64,000 nucleotides of DNA from an uncultured Campylobacter sp. (GTDB lineage Bacteria; Campylobacterota; Campylobacteria; Campylobacterales; Campylobacteraceae): the NCBI RefSeq assembly GCF_937959485.1, contig NZ_CALGPY010000006.1:29994-93993 (forward strand), read 5' to 3'. This document shows positions 11,066-21,426 of this stretch, piece after piece. Numbering within the stretch: the first letter of the stretch is position 1; every line of letters starts with the position of its first letter. Made by a program: the position numbers and the translations under genes. The notes beneath the pieces were generated by a model that ran no database searches, was not told where the DNA came from, and saw only the letters and a list, made by a program, of their open reading frames with translations.

Positions 11066-14019
11066 TAGCGCGCATCCTTTCTTGCTTCTTGTTGCGCGCC
11101 TTGCCTCTCGCGCTCTAGCATGGTAGCTTTTAGACTGCGAAGGCGGATCTTGACCGCACCTAGGTTGGTGACCTCGTCGATCTTAAGCTGGGTGTAAATT
11201 TTGCCGTTTTGGCGCAGTATGTCGCGCACCTCATCGCCCGTGATCGCATCTATCCCGCAGCCGAAGCTGACTAACTGCACCAGCTGCATACGCGGGTATT
11301 TACAGACGAACCGCGCCGCACTATAAAGCCTGGCGTGGTAGGTCCATTGATTAAGGCTTTTCGTCTGCACCCTGCTAAGCGGCAGCGCGTCCTCGCTAAG
11401 CACTATAAAGCCCAAGGAATTTAGATAGCGATCGATACCGTGATTTATCGTCTTATCAATATGATACGGGCGACCCGCTAGCACGATGGCAGGCATGCCG
11501 CTTGCATTGATCTCCTTTAGGGTCTCCTCGCCTTTTATTAAAATGGTATTTTTATAATTTTGCAGCTCCTTAAGGCCTTGCAAGACGGCGTTTTTCACGG
11601 CGTCGGAATGAAATTTATACCCGGCGTCCGCTAGCTCAGCCTGCATCGTTTTGCAAAACGAATCTTGCATGTTAAGATCCACGTGCGGGTAGAGGAATTT
11701 TTTCTCCTCCAGCGCGCCTACGTTCGCGCGTATCAGTTCGGGATAGTATGCGACTACGGGGCAGTTGTAGCAGTTCTCGCTGATATTTTCATCTAGGCTG
11801 TAGCTCATACACGGATAGAAAATAAAATCGACGCTCTTGTTTAGCAGATCGTAGATGTGACCGTGCACGCTTTTAGCCGGGTAGCAGACGGTATCGCTCG
11901 GGATGCTTTGGCTTGCTAAAAACAGCGTCTCTTTTCGCGGCTTTTGCGACAGCACGACGCTCATGCCTAAATTTTCAAAAAACGCGCTCCAAAACGGGAT
12001 CATCTCAAACATATTCAAAACAAACGGAATTCCAACCCGCGGCGCATCCTGCTTCGGTGGCTTGCGATATTTTCGCAAAAGCTCGTTTTTAAACTCAAAT
12101 AAATTCGTAATGTCGTGGCGGATCTCCTTGCCCGCGCCGCGCTCGCATTTATTGCCCGAGACAAATTTAGTATCGCCGAAGTAGCTGATCGTAAGCGGAC
12201 ATTTGTTCGTACAGAGCTTGCAGACGCTAAATTCGCTGCGGTGAGTAAAGCTTTCAAGCTCTGCGCGACTGATCATATCGGTACGCTCGTTCGCGTTATT
12301 TTTGGCAAAAAGCGCCGCGCCGTATGCACCCATAAGCTCGCTTATGTCTAGACGGATCACGTCCTTGCCGAGCTCTTTTTCAAAAGCGCGCAGCACAGCG
12401 TTGTTTAAAAATGTCCCGCCCTGCACTACGATATTTTGACCTAAATCGTCGGCGTTTCGCACGCGGATAACCTTGTAAATCGCATTTTTGATGACGCTAA
12501 TAGCAAGACCTGCGCTGATGTCCTCGATCGTAGCGCCGTCCTTTTGAGCCTGCTTGACCGAAGAGTTCATAAAGACCGTGCAGCGGCTACCAAGCTTGGC
12601 GGGATGGGTTGCAAAAAGGGCTAGGTTTGCAAAATCTTTAATGTCGTAGCCCAAAGAATTTGAAAAGGTTTGCAAAAACGAGCCACAGCCCGAGCTGCAC
12701 GCCTCGTTTAGCACGATAGAATCAATATTGCCGTCTTTAATGGAGAAGCACTTGATGTCCTGCCCGCCGATGTCGATGATGAAATCGACCTTTGGATTGA
12801 AGTGGCGCGCGGCGCTATAATGCGCGATCGTCTCGACGATACCGTAATCGAAGCGAAAGGCGGTCTTAATGAGATCCTCGCCATATCCGGTAACGCCGCT
12901 GCCCTTGATCTTGATGCGACCCTCGCAAAGATCGTACAACTCCTTAAGACGCGGCAGCAGGATATCGACCGGATCGCCTTTATTGGAGGAGTAAAATTTA
13001 TAGAGCAGCTCGTAGTTTTCGCCCATCAGCACGACTTTGATCGTAGTGCTGCCGCAATCCACGCCCAAATACGCATCTCCACTGTAGGTGTGGATATCCA
13101 CCTTAGGCACGCTCGCGCGGGCATGGCGGGCGATGAACTCGTCAAATTCCGCCCTGTCTTTAAAAAGCGGCGGCTCGGCTTCCAGCGCGGTCCTATCGGG
13201 TTCCTTTTTTAAAAGCGCGATCGTTTCATCTAAATTTAGAGTCTCGCCCGTATCTTTTGCATACAGCGCGCTGCCGTAAGCCACGAAGTAAGGCGCGATG
13301 TCAGGGAATGTCGCGGTTTCGTCGGTGAGCTTTAGCACCTCTTTAAAGCGCTTCTGAAGGCCTTTTAGGAAAAACAACGGGCCGCCTAGAAACAGGATAT
13401 TGCCCTTGACCTCGCGACCTTGCGCAAGCCCAGAAATCGTCTGTTCGACGACCGCAGCGTAGATACTAGCGCAAATATCCTCTTTTCTAACGCCCTGATT
13501 TAATAACGGCTGAATGTCGCTTTTGGCGAACACGCCGCAGCGTGAGGCGATCGGGTAAATTTTATTCGCCGCAAAGCTTAAACGATCAAGCTCCGTGATA
13601 TCCAGATGCAAAAGATTGGTCATCTGATCGATAAATGCGCCTGTACCGCCCGCGCATGAGCCGTTCATACGCTCTTCAAGTCCGCCCGTGAGAAATAAAA
13701 TTTTAGCGTCCTCGCCGCCGAGCTCGATGACGACGTCGGTCTTCGGAAACATCCGTTTGACGCCGAGCGAGGTAGCGAAAACCTCTTGGACGAACGGAAT
13801 TTTGCAATTTTTGGCGATACCCATGCCCGCCGAACCTGCTATGGCGACGCTGAATTGCTCGCCTGCATAGGTTTTTTGGATTTGCAAAATTTTATCCAGC
13901 ACCAGCTCCTTGGGCTTTGCCAAATGCCGCTCGTAGCTCTTGCTTAAAATTTCATATTTATCGTTTAAAACTACCGTTTTAACAGTGGTTGATCCTACGT
14001 CAATGCCTAAAAAAATCAC
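11065..14019 (-). CDS. CoA-substrate-specific enzyme activase: tandem BadF/BadG/BcrA/BcrD-type ATPase domains plus a C-terminal dehydratase-related domain
   Basis: 984 aa. Two ASKHA ATPase starts (LGIDVGSTTVKTVVL and LGVDCGSTTIKVVLM), each followed by a CAGGTG/CSSGCG cluster-ligand region. Confidence 0.85.
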   Translation of the reverse strand: MIFLGIDVGSTTVKTVVLNDKYEILSKSYERHLAKPKELVLDKILQIQKTYAGEQFSVAIAGSAGMGIAKNCKIPFVQEVFATSLGVKRMFPKTDVVIELGGEDAKILFLTGGLEERMNGSCAGGTGAFIDQMTNLLHLDITELDRLSFAANKIYPIASRCGVFAKSDIQPLLNQGVRKEDICASIYAAVVEQTISGLAQGREVKGNILFLGGPLFFLKGLQKRFKEVLKLTDETATFPDIAPYFVAYGSALYAKDTGETLNLDETIALLKKEPDRTALEAEPPLFKDRAEFDEFIARHARASVPKVDIHTYSGDAYLGVDCGSTTIKVVLMGENYELLYKFYSSNKGDPVDILLPRLKELYDLCEGRIKIKGSGVTGYGEDLIKTAFRFDYGIVETIAHYSAARHFNPKVDFIIDIGGQDIKCFSIKDGNIDSIVLNEACSSGCGSFLQTFSNSLGYDIKDFANLALFATHPAKLGSRCTVFMNSSVKQAQKDGATIEDISAGLAISVIKNAIYKVIRVRNADDLGQNIVVQGGTFLNNAVLRAFEKELGKDVIRLDISELMGAYGAALFAKNNANERTDMISRAELESFTHRSEFSVCKLCTNKCPLTISYFGDTKFVSGNKCERGAGKEIRHDITNLFEFKNELLRKYRKPPKQDAPRVGIPFVLNMFEMIPFWSAFFENLGMSVVLSQKPRKETLFLASQSIPSDTVCYPAKSVHGHIYDLLNKSVDFIFYPCMSYSLDENISENCYNCPVVAYYPELIRANVGALEEKKFLYPHVDLNMQDSFCKTMQAELADAGYKFHSDAVKNAVLQGLKELQNYKNTILIKGEETLKEINASGMPAIVLAGRPYHIDKTINHGIDRYLNSLGFIVLSEDALPLSRVQTKSLNQWTYHARLYSAARFVCKYPRMQLVQLVSFGCGIDAITGDEVRDILRQNGKIYTQLKIDEVTNLGAVKIRLRSLKATMLERERQGAQQEARKDAR

Positions 14020-14313
14020 ATCTCGCTCTTTACTGAATAAATTTTACTCGGCCAAATTCTCAAATTTAGCGCGAGCTTTCTAAATTAAAATTTGCATTTT
14101 ATAGTAATATTTTTAAACGCAAATAAAATCAGGATATATTTTATCTTTTTCTATCGAGAAAGACGAATTTTGGGCAGTTTAAAACTAAAAATTTTAATGG
14201 AAAAGTTGTAAAATTTTAGATTTAATGCGAGTAGATTTTGCGCGAAATTTTTTAAAATCTCGCGCATTATAAAAAGAGCTTCCTTTTGAATTGGGAAGCA
14301 TAAATTTAAAGTA

Positions 14314-14670
14314 TTATTTTCGAAGCTCTTTGATTTTAGCCGCTTTACCGCGTCTATCGCGTAGGTAAAATAGCTTCGCGCGGCGAACGCGTCCTTTTCT
14401 TAGAACCTCGATGCTTTCGATGCTTTCGCTGTAGATCGGGAAAATTCTCTCTACGCCGACGCTATTTGCGCCGATCTTGCGAATAATGAAGGTCTCGCTG
14501 ACGCCGTTTCCGCGGCGCGCAATGCAGGTGCCTTCAAAATTTTGAATTCTACTCTTATCGCCCTCTTTGATCCTGATGGCTACCTTTAAGGTGTCGCCGG
14601 CACGGAAATCAGGCACACTTTTGCTTGTGATCTGAGCGTCCTCAAACGCTTGGATATACTTGTTTTTCAT
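14314..14670 (-). CDS. rplS: 50S ribosomal protein L19
   Basis: 118 aa. [26 protein letters not shown]...RRAKLFYLR. Confidence 0.97.
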   Translation of the reverse strand: MKNKYIQAFEDAQITSKSVPDFRAGDTLKVAIRIKEGDKSRIQNFEGTCIARRGNGVSETFIIRKIGANSVGVERIFPIYSESIESIEVLRKGRVRRAKLFYLRDRRGKAAKIKELRK

Positions 14671-15368
14671 AAATTTCCTTTATTTCTGGCGATTTTTCGG
14701 TACATATCCGGGCGGAAGAACCTCGTTTTGCATAGCGCCATTTGATTTTTTAAACTGCGCATTTTAGCGTGATTACCCTTTAAAAACTCTGAAACTATAG
14801 GTAAATTTTCAAAAACATCAGGCTTCGTAAATGCGGGCGCCTCTAAAATTCCGCCTTCAAAGCTTTCTTCGACAAGCGAGCTTTCGTTGCCCAAAACGCC
14901 CTTTATGTTGCGGCTTATCGCATCGCACATGCAAAGCGCGCCGAGCTCGCCGCCGGTAAGGATGAAATCGCCGATGCAAAAAATTTCATCTACATATCTT
15001 TCGACTATGCGCTCATCAATCCCCTCGTAGCGCCCACAGATAAAGCATAGGCTCTCTTCGCCGCTTAGGCGCTTGGCATCGTTTTGGTTAAATTTTTTAC
15101 CGGCGGGCGAGAGGTAGATAAACTTGGCGTTTTTAAATTTAGTTCTTACGTGTTCGATCGTTCCGGCAAGCGGCTCTGTGCCAATCAAAAGCCCCGCACC
15201 GCCGCCGATCATATAATCATCTACCTTTTTATACCGATTTGTCGTGAAATTTCGCGGGTTAAAAAAATGCGTCGCAATTATTTTCTTATCGACCGTGCGC
15301 TTTAAAATCGAGTCCTCAAAATACGGCGCGATAAGATTTTCAAACAGCGAAACGAAGATAAAATTCAT
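14667..15368 (-). CDS. trmD: tRNA (guanine37-N1)-methyltransferase
   Basis: 233 aa. [27 protein letters not shown]. Confidence 0.95.
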   Translation of the reverse strand: MNFIFVSLFENLIAPYFEDSILKRTVDKKIIATHFFNPRNFTTNRYKKVDDYMIGGGAGLLIGTEPLAGTIEHVRTKFKNAKFIYLSPAGKKFNQNDAKRLSGEESLCFICGRYEGIDERIVERYVDEIFCIGDFILTGGELGALCMCDAISRNIKGVLGNESSLVEESFEGGILEAPAFTKPDVFENLPIVSEFLKGNHAKMRSLKNQMALCKTRFFRPDMYRKIARNKGNL

Positions 15369-15895
15369 GAGTTTTCCAAAATCGCGCGCGCATTTTGCGT
15401 AAAAATTTTACGCTCACTAAGCAAAATTTCTTTCACATAGGCATCCACGTAGGGGATAAAAAATTCTTTCGGCAGAGCCTGTAAGATTAAGCTTTCATCC
15501 GTTTCTACCTCAAAAAGATATCCGTTTCCGATCTGCAATATGTCCTTTACGCGCCCCAAAACCGCGCCGTTTTCATGAATTTCAAGCCCGATAATATCGA
15601 AGTAAAAAAACTCGCCCTTTTGCAATTTGCAAAATTTCCGCGTGTCCTCTTTGCTTCGGTAAAGGATTTGGTTGGTTAAATTTGCCGCCGCTTCTACGCT
15701 TTCGTAATTTTTAAAAATAGCGCTAGAATTTGCGCCGCTAAAGGATAGAATTTCTAAAATTTCGCCGTTTCGTAGATAAAATTTGGCGCCTTTTTTAAAC
15801 TGAGAGGGGAAGTCGCTGCGATCGAAAATTTTAACCGCGCCCTTTAAGCCGATAGTCCGACCGAGCTTTGCGACCTCTAAAAGATCATCAGGCAT
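15365..15895 (-). CDS. rimM: 16S rRNA processing protein RimM
   Basis: 176 aa. [16 protein letters not shown]-barrel C-terminus, and operon position between the KH protein and trmD. Confidence 0.9.
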   Translation of the reverse strand: MPDDLLEVAKLGRTIGLKGAVKIFDRSDFPSQFKKGAKFYLRNGEILEILSFSGANSSAIFKNYESVEAAANLTNQILYRSKEDTRKFCKLQKGEFFYFDIIGLEIHENGAVLGRVKDILQIGNGYLFEVETDESLILQALPKEFFIPYVDAYVKEILLSERKIFTQNARAILENS

Positions 15896-16130
15896 CTTTG
15901 GCTTTGACGGTAATTTTATAATTGATCGGATCTTTTGCTTTGTAGCCGATGATGACGGTCTTTATGGCGTTTATCATTTTGCCGTCCTTGCCGATGAGTT
16001 TGCCTGTATCGGCCTTGTCGGCATAGACGATGATCTCGGTAAAGTTTTCACCGACCCGCTTTTGCGTAGAAACGGACTGCGGATAGTCGGCGATCAACTT
16101 TGCGTATTCTTTTATAAAATTTTCTACCAT
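15888..16130 (-). CDS. KH domain RNA-binding protein (YlqC family)
   Basis: 80 aa. GKLIGKDGKMINAIKTV. Located between rpsP and rimM. Confidence 0.85.
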   Translation of the reverse strand: MVENFIKEYAKLIADYPQSVSTQKRVGENFTEIIVYADKADTGKLIGKDGKMINAIKTVIIGYKAKDPINYKITVKAKDA

Positions 16131-16131
16131 T

Positions 16132-16362
16132 TTATTTGCTTGTGATTTGGGCGACCCTATCGCTTAACTTCGCGCCTACACTCTTCCAGTATGCCAAACG
16201 CTCCGCGTCGAATTTGATATTATCGCTCTGTTTTAACGGGTTATAAAAACCGATCGTCTCGATAAAGCCGCCGTCGCGTCTTTTCCTGCTATCCGTTACC
16301 ACGATGCGGTAAAAAGGCTGCTTCTTTCTTCCGATTCTTGTAAGCCTAACAACTGTTGCCAT
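16132..16362 (-). CDS. rpsP: 30S ribosomal protein S16
   Basis: 76 aa. [22 protein letters not shown]. Confidence 0.97.
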   Translation of the reverse strand: MATVVRLTRIGRKKQPFYRIVVTDSRKRRDGGFIETIGFYNPLKQSDNIKFDAERLAYWKSVGAKLSDRVAQITSK

Positions 16363-16440
16363 TTTTTCTCCTTAAATTTTTGTAAGTTTTAGAACTTGCA
16401 GATGGCTAAAACTTAAACATCTGCAAACTCTACCGAGAGG

Positions 16441-17781
16441 CTATCTCGGTAAATTTTGCCTTTGAGCGATCGAGGCAAGCCCCTGCATACCGCCCTTGCC
16501 CGAAAATTTCTTCGCAAGCTTCGAAGCGCCCGCGAACTGCTTCAAAAAGCGGTTTACTTCCACCTGCGAAAGTCCCGCGCCGGCAGCAAGTCTGCGCTTA
16601 CGCGAATTATTTAGCAGATCGGGATTTTCGCGCTCTTTCGGCGTCATAGAATTGATCATCGCTTTGATATGAAGTATCTCTTTGGAGTTTTCCAAATCGA
16701 TATCTTTTATCTTATTCGCCATGCCGGAAAGCCCCGGGATCATGCCGATTAAATTTTTCATATTGCCGAGCTTTTTCACACTTTCTAATTGATTTACGAA
16801 ATCGTTAAAATTAAACTCGCCCTTTTTGATCTTTTTGTTTAGAGCCTTAGCTTCTCTTTCGTCGAAGACGGCGCTTGTTTTCTCGGCTAGCGTCGCTAAA
16901 TCGCCCTCGCCCATAATGCGACCTGTAATTCTATCGGGTATAAAGCCCTCCAGATCGGCCACCTTCTCGCCGGTTCCGATAAAGCGAAGCGGGATGCCAA
17001 GCTGCTGCGCGATACCGAGGGCCACGCCGCCTTTGGTATCTGCGTCAAATTTACTTAAGATCACGCCCGTAAGGCCTAAAATTTCATCAAATTTAGCGGC
17101 CGTTTTAATGCCGTCTTGACCGCTCATGGCGTCCGCTACGTAAAAAATTTCATGCGGATTTAGAGCTTTTTTCATCTCTGCAAGCTGCGCCATTAGCGCC
17201 TCATCGATCGCAAGACGTCCCGCCGTATCTACGAGCAGTACGTCATAAAGCCCGCTCTTAGCCTTGCTTAGCGCTTTTTCCGCAACCTTTAGCGGATCGC
17301 TCTCGCCCTCGATGAAAAATAGCTCAATCTCGTTTGCTTCGCAAAGCTGGCGGAGCTGTTCGACCGCGGCTAGGCGCTGCAAGTCGCACGCTGCGACCAA
17401 GACCTTTTTTTTACGAAGTTTCAGATAGTTTGCAAGTTTTATCGTGCTTGTGGATTTTCCGCTTCCTTGGAGTCCCGTCATCAAAGCTACCGTAGGAGGC
17501 GTGCCGGCAAATACAAACCCCTGACTGCTGCCCCTAGGCGCCGTTAAAATTTTAGTCAAATTTGTCTTGATGGACTGCAAAAACGGCTTCTGTCCTATCG
17601 TGCCGATACGAAGATCGGCTTCGACGAGTGCCAAAAAATCCTTTACGACTTTGTGGTGCACGTCGGCCTTTAAAAGCGCCTTTTTTAGCGTCTCCAAGGC
17701 GTTTTTTAAAGCTTTTTCGTCATCGATTGTTTTTAATTTATTGACCGCGTTTTTAAACGACTCGCTTATGATCTCAAACAC
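16441..17781 (-). CDS. ffh: signal recognition particle protein Ffh
   Basis: 446 aa. GLQGSGKSTS, DTAGRL, SKFDADTKGG, and a Met-rich M domain. Confidence 0.97.
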   Translation of the reverse strand: MFEIISESFKNAVNKLKTIDDEKALKNALETLKKALLKADVHHKVVKDFLALVEADLRIGTIGQKPFLQSIKTNLTKILTAPRGSSQGFVFAGTPPTVALMTGLQGSGKSTSTIKLANYLKLRKKKVLVAACDLQRLAAVEQLRQLCEANEIELFFIEGESDPLKVAEKALSKAKSGLYDVLLVDTAGRLAIDEALMAQLAEMKKALNPHEIFYVADAMSGQDGIKTAAKFDEILGLTGVILSKFDADTKGGVALGIAQQLGIPLRFIGTGEKVADLEGFIPDRITGRIMGEGDLATLAEKTSAVFDEREAKALNKKIKKGEFNFNDFVNQLESVKKLGNMKNLIGMIPGLSGMANKIKDIDLENSKEILHIKAMINSMTPKERENPDLLNNSRKRRLAAGAGLSQVEVNRFLKQFAGASKLAKKFSGKGGMQGLASIAQRQNLPR

Positions 17782-17847
17782 TTTGATCCCTTATAAAATT
17801 TTTAAACTTGCGATGTTACCTAAAATTAACTTAAAAGCCATTGAATA

Positions 17848-18597
17848 TCAGAGATCCTTAGAAATTTCAAAGCCGAATTCGTTGAAGCTTGTACCTAGCG
17901 GAGCTTTAAATTTAAGCCCTAAAATTTCAGTCTCGTACGAGTGCAGAAACATCCGCTTCGCGCGGCTTTTAGCGTATTTTTCATCGCCTATTACGCCATA
18001 GCCCGCGTTCGCCAGATGCACACGGATCTGATGCGTCCTACCCGTCTCGATCCGCACTTTTACGAGCGATTTTTTGCCGCTTATCATCAGCGGATAAACC
18101 TCGCTAAATGCGCTCTTGCCGTTTGGCGAAATTTTAGAAAACGCGCCGCTTCTGGTCTTTATCGTCAAAATCGGCTCGTCAAATTTCATCTCTTCGCTCA
18201 CGATCCCTTTTACGATCGCGATGTAGCTTTTCTTCACGCGCAAATTTTTAAATTCCGCAATCGCCGCTTCGCGAAATTCCTCGTTCTTATATAGCAGCAC
18301 GACGCCGCTAGTCTCCTTATCCAGGCGGTTTAGAAGCCCGAATTTGTAGATTTTTTCCAAATTTTCGCTACTCATAAAGGGCGGCTTATTGACCGCCAAA
18401 ACGTTCTCATCCTCGTAAATGATCGCGGGTTTTGCGGGCTTCATCACGCTAAATTTAGTATTTTCGCCGAGCATCTCGCGCGCTAGAGCGATCTTTGTGC
18501 CGCGCGCGCTTACAAGCCCCGCGTCGATGAGAGCCTTGGCTTCGTTGTGCGAGATGTTTTCCTGCGCCGCCAGCAGCTTGTAGGCTTTTTCTTGCAT
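17848..18597 (-). CDS. RluA-family RNA pseudouridine synthase with an N-terminal S4-like domain
   Basis: 249 aa. RLDKETSGVVLL and TGRTHQIRVHL. Confidence 0.9.
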   Translation of the reverse strand: MQEKAYKLLAAQENISHNEAKALIDAGLVSARGTKIALAREMLGENTKFSVMKPAKPAIIYEDENVLAVNKPPFMSSENLEKIYKFGLLNRLDKETSGVVLLYKNEEFREAAIAEFKNLRVKKSYIAIVKGIVSEEMKFDEPILTIKTRSGAFSKISPNGKSAFSEVYPLMISGKKSLVKVRIETGRTHQIRVHLANAGYGVIGDEKYAKSRAKRMFLHSYETEILGLKFKAPLGTSFNEFGFEISKDL

Positions 18598-19985
18598 TAA
18601 ATTCTTTCCTTAATTAAATTTTCTATCTCTTGCAGATCGCAAATTTTATCTATCCGCGTTCCCTTTAGCGGCTCTTTTAAAGCGTTTGAAATTTCGTTCG
18701 CGTCGCACAGAGCGATGTTTTGCACGAGCGCATACAGCGCCTTTTGATTATGAAAAAATCGTCCGCTGATGATCGGCACGCCGAAGCTCGCCGCCTCGAT
18801 CGGGCTATGTCCGCCGATATTGCGCAAAAAACTGCCGCCTAAGATCACGACGTTTGAAATTTTATAAAAGTTCGCTAGCTCCCCGAAGGCATCGAGCAAG
18901 ATAAAATCGCTCCCAAGCCCCGCGCCGCCGCTAAACCGCTCAAAGCTAAGCCCATGCTCGCGCGCCCAAGTCTTGCAAATTTCACGTACCTTTTCGAAGC
19001 GCTCCGGATGTCTCGGCGCCAGGATGATTTTTAGCTTTTGCGGAGCGGCGGTCGAAGCCGCCGTATTCGGTGCGGTAGAATTTAAAGACGCGCCGTTTAA
19101 AGGCGCCGTATTCGGCACGGCGGACGAAGCATCGCTTGAGCTCGCCGTATCCAAAGAAGCCGCGTTTAAATTTACCGGCTCAGTCGAGCCCGTCTCGCCG
19201 CGAAGCTCAGCCGCAGGCAAGCTCCTATCGCCATTAGAGCCCGTTGTGCGCGGGTATTTTTCGAGAGCACTCTGCGAGCCGTGAAATTTTATAAAATCGT
19301 TTAAATTTGATAAAACAAGCTCCTCTTCGCCCTCGTGAGTGTTTGAGATCGTAAGCACAAAGCTATTTGCGGACGCAGCAGAATAATCCTTCGTCGCAAC
19401 GGCGATATTCGCGCTTTTTATGTTGCCCGCGACCCTTATATTTTTTGCGCCGAGCTCCCGCAGCCGCGCCGCATCAAGCTCGCTTTGCGCAAGCACCAAA
19501 TCGATATTTTCAAACGCTTTGCGATAATAAAACTTAAAACGCAGATAACTCTCGTACGAGCGGTCGCTAATGCGCGCATTTAGCAGGATAACGTAGCTTC
19601 CGCGCGCCTTGGCGGAACGGATCAAATTTAGCCACAGCTCCGCTTCAAAGATCACCAGCACGCGGCTGCCTGCAAGCCAAAACGGAAGCCAGTTTTCAAA
19701 CGGCAGGTAGCGAGAGTTCGGCGTGAGCGCACGCGCCGCACCGAAGCCCGTCTGCGTGGTCGTGCTAAGCGCGACGCTCTCAAATTTAGAAATTAGCGGC
19801 GCGAGAGCATTTACCTCGCCCAGGCTGCAAGCGTGAAAGTGCACCGCTGCGGGGCTAAATTTGGGGTTTTTGTATAGAAAAAATCGCGCCTTCAGGCTCG
19901 TACGGTATTTTTTTTTAAAGCTTAGGATAAAAATAAAAGGCGCAGCTGCAAGCCACGCCAAAAACGCCAAGGCGGTGTAGATCAC
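18597..19985 (-). CDS. waaA: 3-deoxy-D-manno-octulosonic acid (Kdo) transferase carrying an internal low-complexity insertion
   Basis: 462 aa. HFHACSLGEV and NTHEGEE...LAPRHPERF are KdtA/WaaA motifs. About 90 aa rich in S/A/N/T (GSNGDRSLPAAELRGETGSTEPVNLNAASLDTASSSDASSAVPNTAPLNGASLNSTAPNTAASTAAPQ) sit between them. Confidence 0.85.
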   Translation of the reverse strand: MIYTALAFLAWLAAAPFIFILSFKKKYRTSLKARFFLYKNPKFSPAAVHFHACSLGEVNALAPLISKFESVALSTTTQTGFGAARALTPNSRYLPFENWLPFWLAGSRVLVIFEAELWLNLIRSAKARGSYVILLNARISDRSYESYLRFKFYYRKAFENIDLVLAQSELDAARLRELGAKNIRVAGNIKSANIAVATKDYSAASANSFVLTISNTHEGEEELVLSNLNDFIKFHGSQSALEKYPRTTGSNGDRSLPAAELRGETGSTEPVNLNAASLDTASSSDASSAVPNTAPLNGASLNSTAPNTAASTAAPQKLKIILAPRHPERFEKVREICKTWAREHGLSFERFSGGAGLGSDFILLDAFGELANFYKISNVVILGGSFLRNIGGHSPIEAASFGVPIISGRFFHNQKALYALVQNIALCDANEISNALKEPLKGTRIDKICDLQEIENLIKERI

Positions 19986-20689
19986 TCGGCTTCTTTATAT
20001 AAAATTCTGCCGCAATACGGGCAGGTTACGATGTCGTCGCTTTTGATGACCGCAGAGTAAGTCTTATCGCTTATGCGCATAAAGCAGCCGTAGCAGGCCT
20101 GTTTGCGCACCGGCGAGACCGCCGTATTGCCCGCCCACTTGCGGATCTTTTCGTAGAATGAGACGGTTTTGGGGTTCATCGTCTGCATTAGCTTGTCGCG
20201 CTTGGCGTAGATCGCGCCGCGAGCGACTTCGACCTCGCCCATCTCGGCGCTTACCTGCTCTTGCAAACTTTTTAACTCGGCTTCAAACGCCTCTTGGTTT
20301 TCGCTCTGCTCTTTTACGAGCGCTTCCTTTGCGGCTACGATCTTTTCCAGCCTTTCGATCTCCTCGTTTGTGGCTTCGAGCTGCTCTTTTGCGATGTCCT
20401 CTTCGACGCTAAGGGCTTTGATCTCCTTTTCTGTTTTTGCCGCGCCGCTTTTTTTACCCGTGCTTTTTAGTTTGGACGAAAATGCACTAAGCTGCGCGTT
20501 TGCTTGTAAAATTTGAGATTTTAGCTCGGCGATCTCCGCATTTAGAGTTTCGATCTGTTCTTTTGCGCCTGAAATTTCGCCGCTTTTTTTGCCCAGCTTC
20601 TCCTGCGCGGCCTCGATTTTAGGCTTAAATCCGTCCAGCTGCTTATCGAATTCGCAAAGCTCTACCAATTGGCTTAAATATTTGTTCAT
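19982..20689 (-). CDS. coiled-coil plus C4 zinc-ribbon protein (COG1579; HP0958-like)
   Basis: 235 aa. Long coiled coil followed by CYGCFMRIS...CPYCGRILY. Same position as Cj0706 in C. jejuni synteny. Confidence 0.75.
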   Translation of the reverse strand: MNKYLSQLVELCEFDKQLDGFKPKIEAAQEKLGKKSGEISGAKEQIETLNAEIAELKSQILQANAQLSAFSSKLKSTGKKSGAAKTEKEIKALSVEEDIAKEQLEATNEEIERLEKIVAAKEALVKEQSENQEAFEAELKSLQEQVSAEMGEVEVARGAIYAKRDKLMQTMNPKTVSFYEKIRKWAGNTAVSPVRKQACYGCFMRISDKTYSAVIKSDDIVTCPYCGRILYKEAE

Positions 20690-20698
20690 CTTTTTCCT

Positions 20699-21421
20699 TT
20701 AATAATACGTAAATGGATTTTTTTGCTCGCTTATTATAACTTCAATTTCGCTTTTTTGCAAGAAAGGTGCGAGCGCGCGCCCAAAATAGCGCTCGCTTTC
20801 AAAATGATTTATGTCGATCAAACTCACGCCGTTTTCTAAATTTTGAAGTGCGGCGTGATATTTTATGTCGCCCGTGATGAAGCAGTCCACGCCCAAGCTT
20901 TGATTTAGTTCGCTTCCGCTGCCGGTGCAAAGCGCGATATTTTGGATAAAATTTTTCGTCTTCACGGCGCGCAGATGCTCGATGCCAAGCTTGCGTTTTA
21001 TATCCGCGCACAGAGCCTCAAAGCTCAAATCTGCGCGCATGAAAACCAAAAATTCCCGCTCATCCGTAATTTCAAATTTTAAAATTTCGCGCGCTACGAA
21101 CCCGTTTAAAACGTGCTTGTCAAAGTTCGTATGCATCGCGACGAGAGAGATATTTTTGCGGATCATCTCATAGATCAAATTTGCAGGATAGAGCCGCGAA
21201 TCAAGCGATTTTAGCGGACTGAAAATCAGCGGGTGGTGCACCACGAAAAGCGAGCCCGCCTCAGCCTCGCGCACCAGCTCGCTAGTAACGTCGAGGCTTA
21301 GATAAATTTTTGAAATTTCATCATCCAAGCTTCCGAGCATTAGCCCGCTATTATCCCACGCTTCCGCGTCGCAAAAGGGCGCGGCGGCGTTTAAAATTTC
21401 ATAAATTTCGCCCGTTTTCAT
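20699..21421 (-). CDS. Nif3-like dinuclear metal centre protein
   Basis: 240 aa. WDNSGLMLG, HHPLIF and MHTNFD motifs. Confidence 0.85.
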   Translation of the reverse strand: MKTGEIYEILNAAAPFCDAEAWDNSGLMLGSLDDEISKIYLSLDVTSELVREAEAGSLFVVHHPLIFSPLKSLDSRLYPANLIYEMIRKNISLVAMHTNFDKHVLNGFVAREILKFEITDEREFLVFMRADLSFEALCADIKRKLGIEHLRAVKTKNFIQNIALCTGSGSELNQSLGVDCFITGDIKYHAALQNLENGVSLIDINHFESERYFGRALAPFLQKSEIEVIISEQKNPFTYY

Positions 21422-21426
21422 AAATC

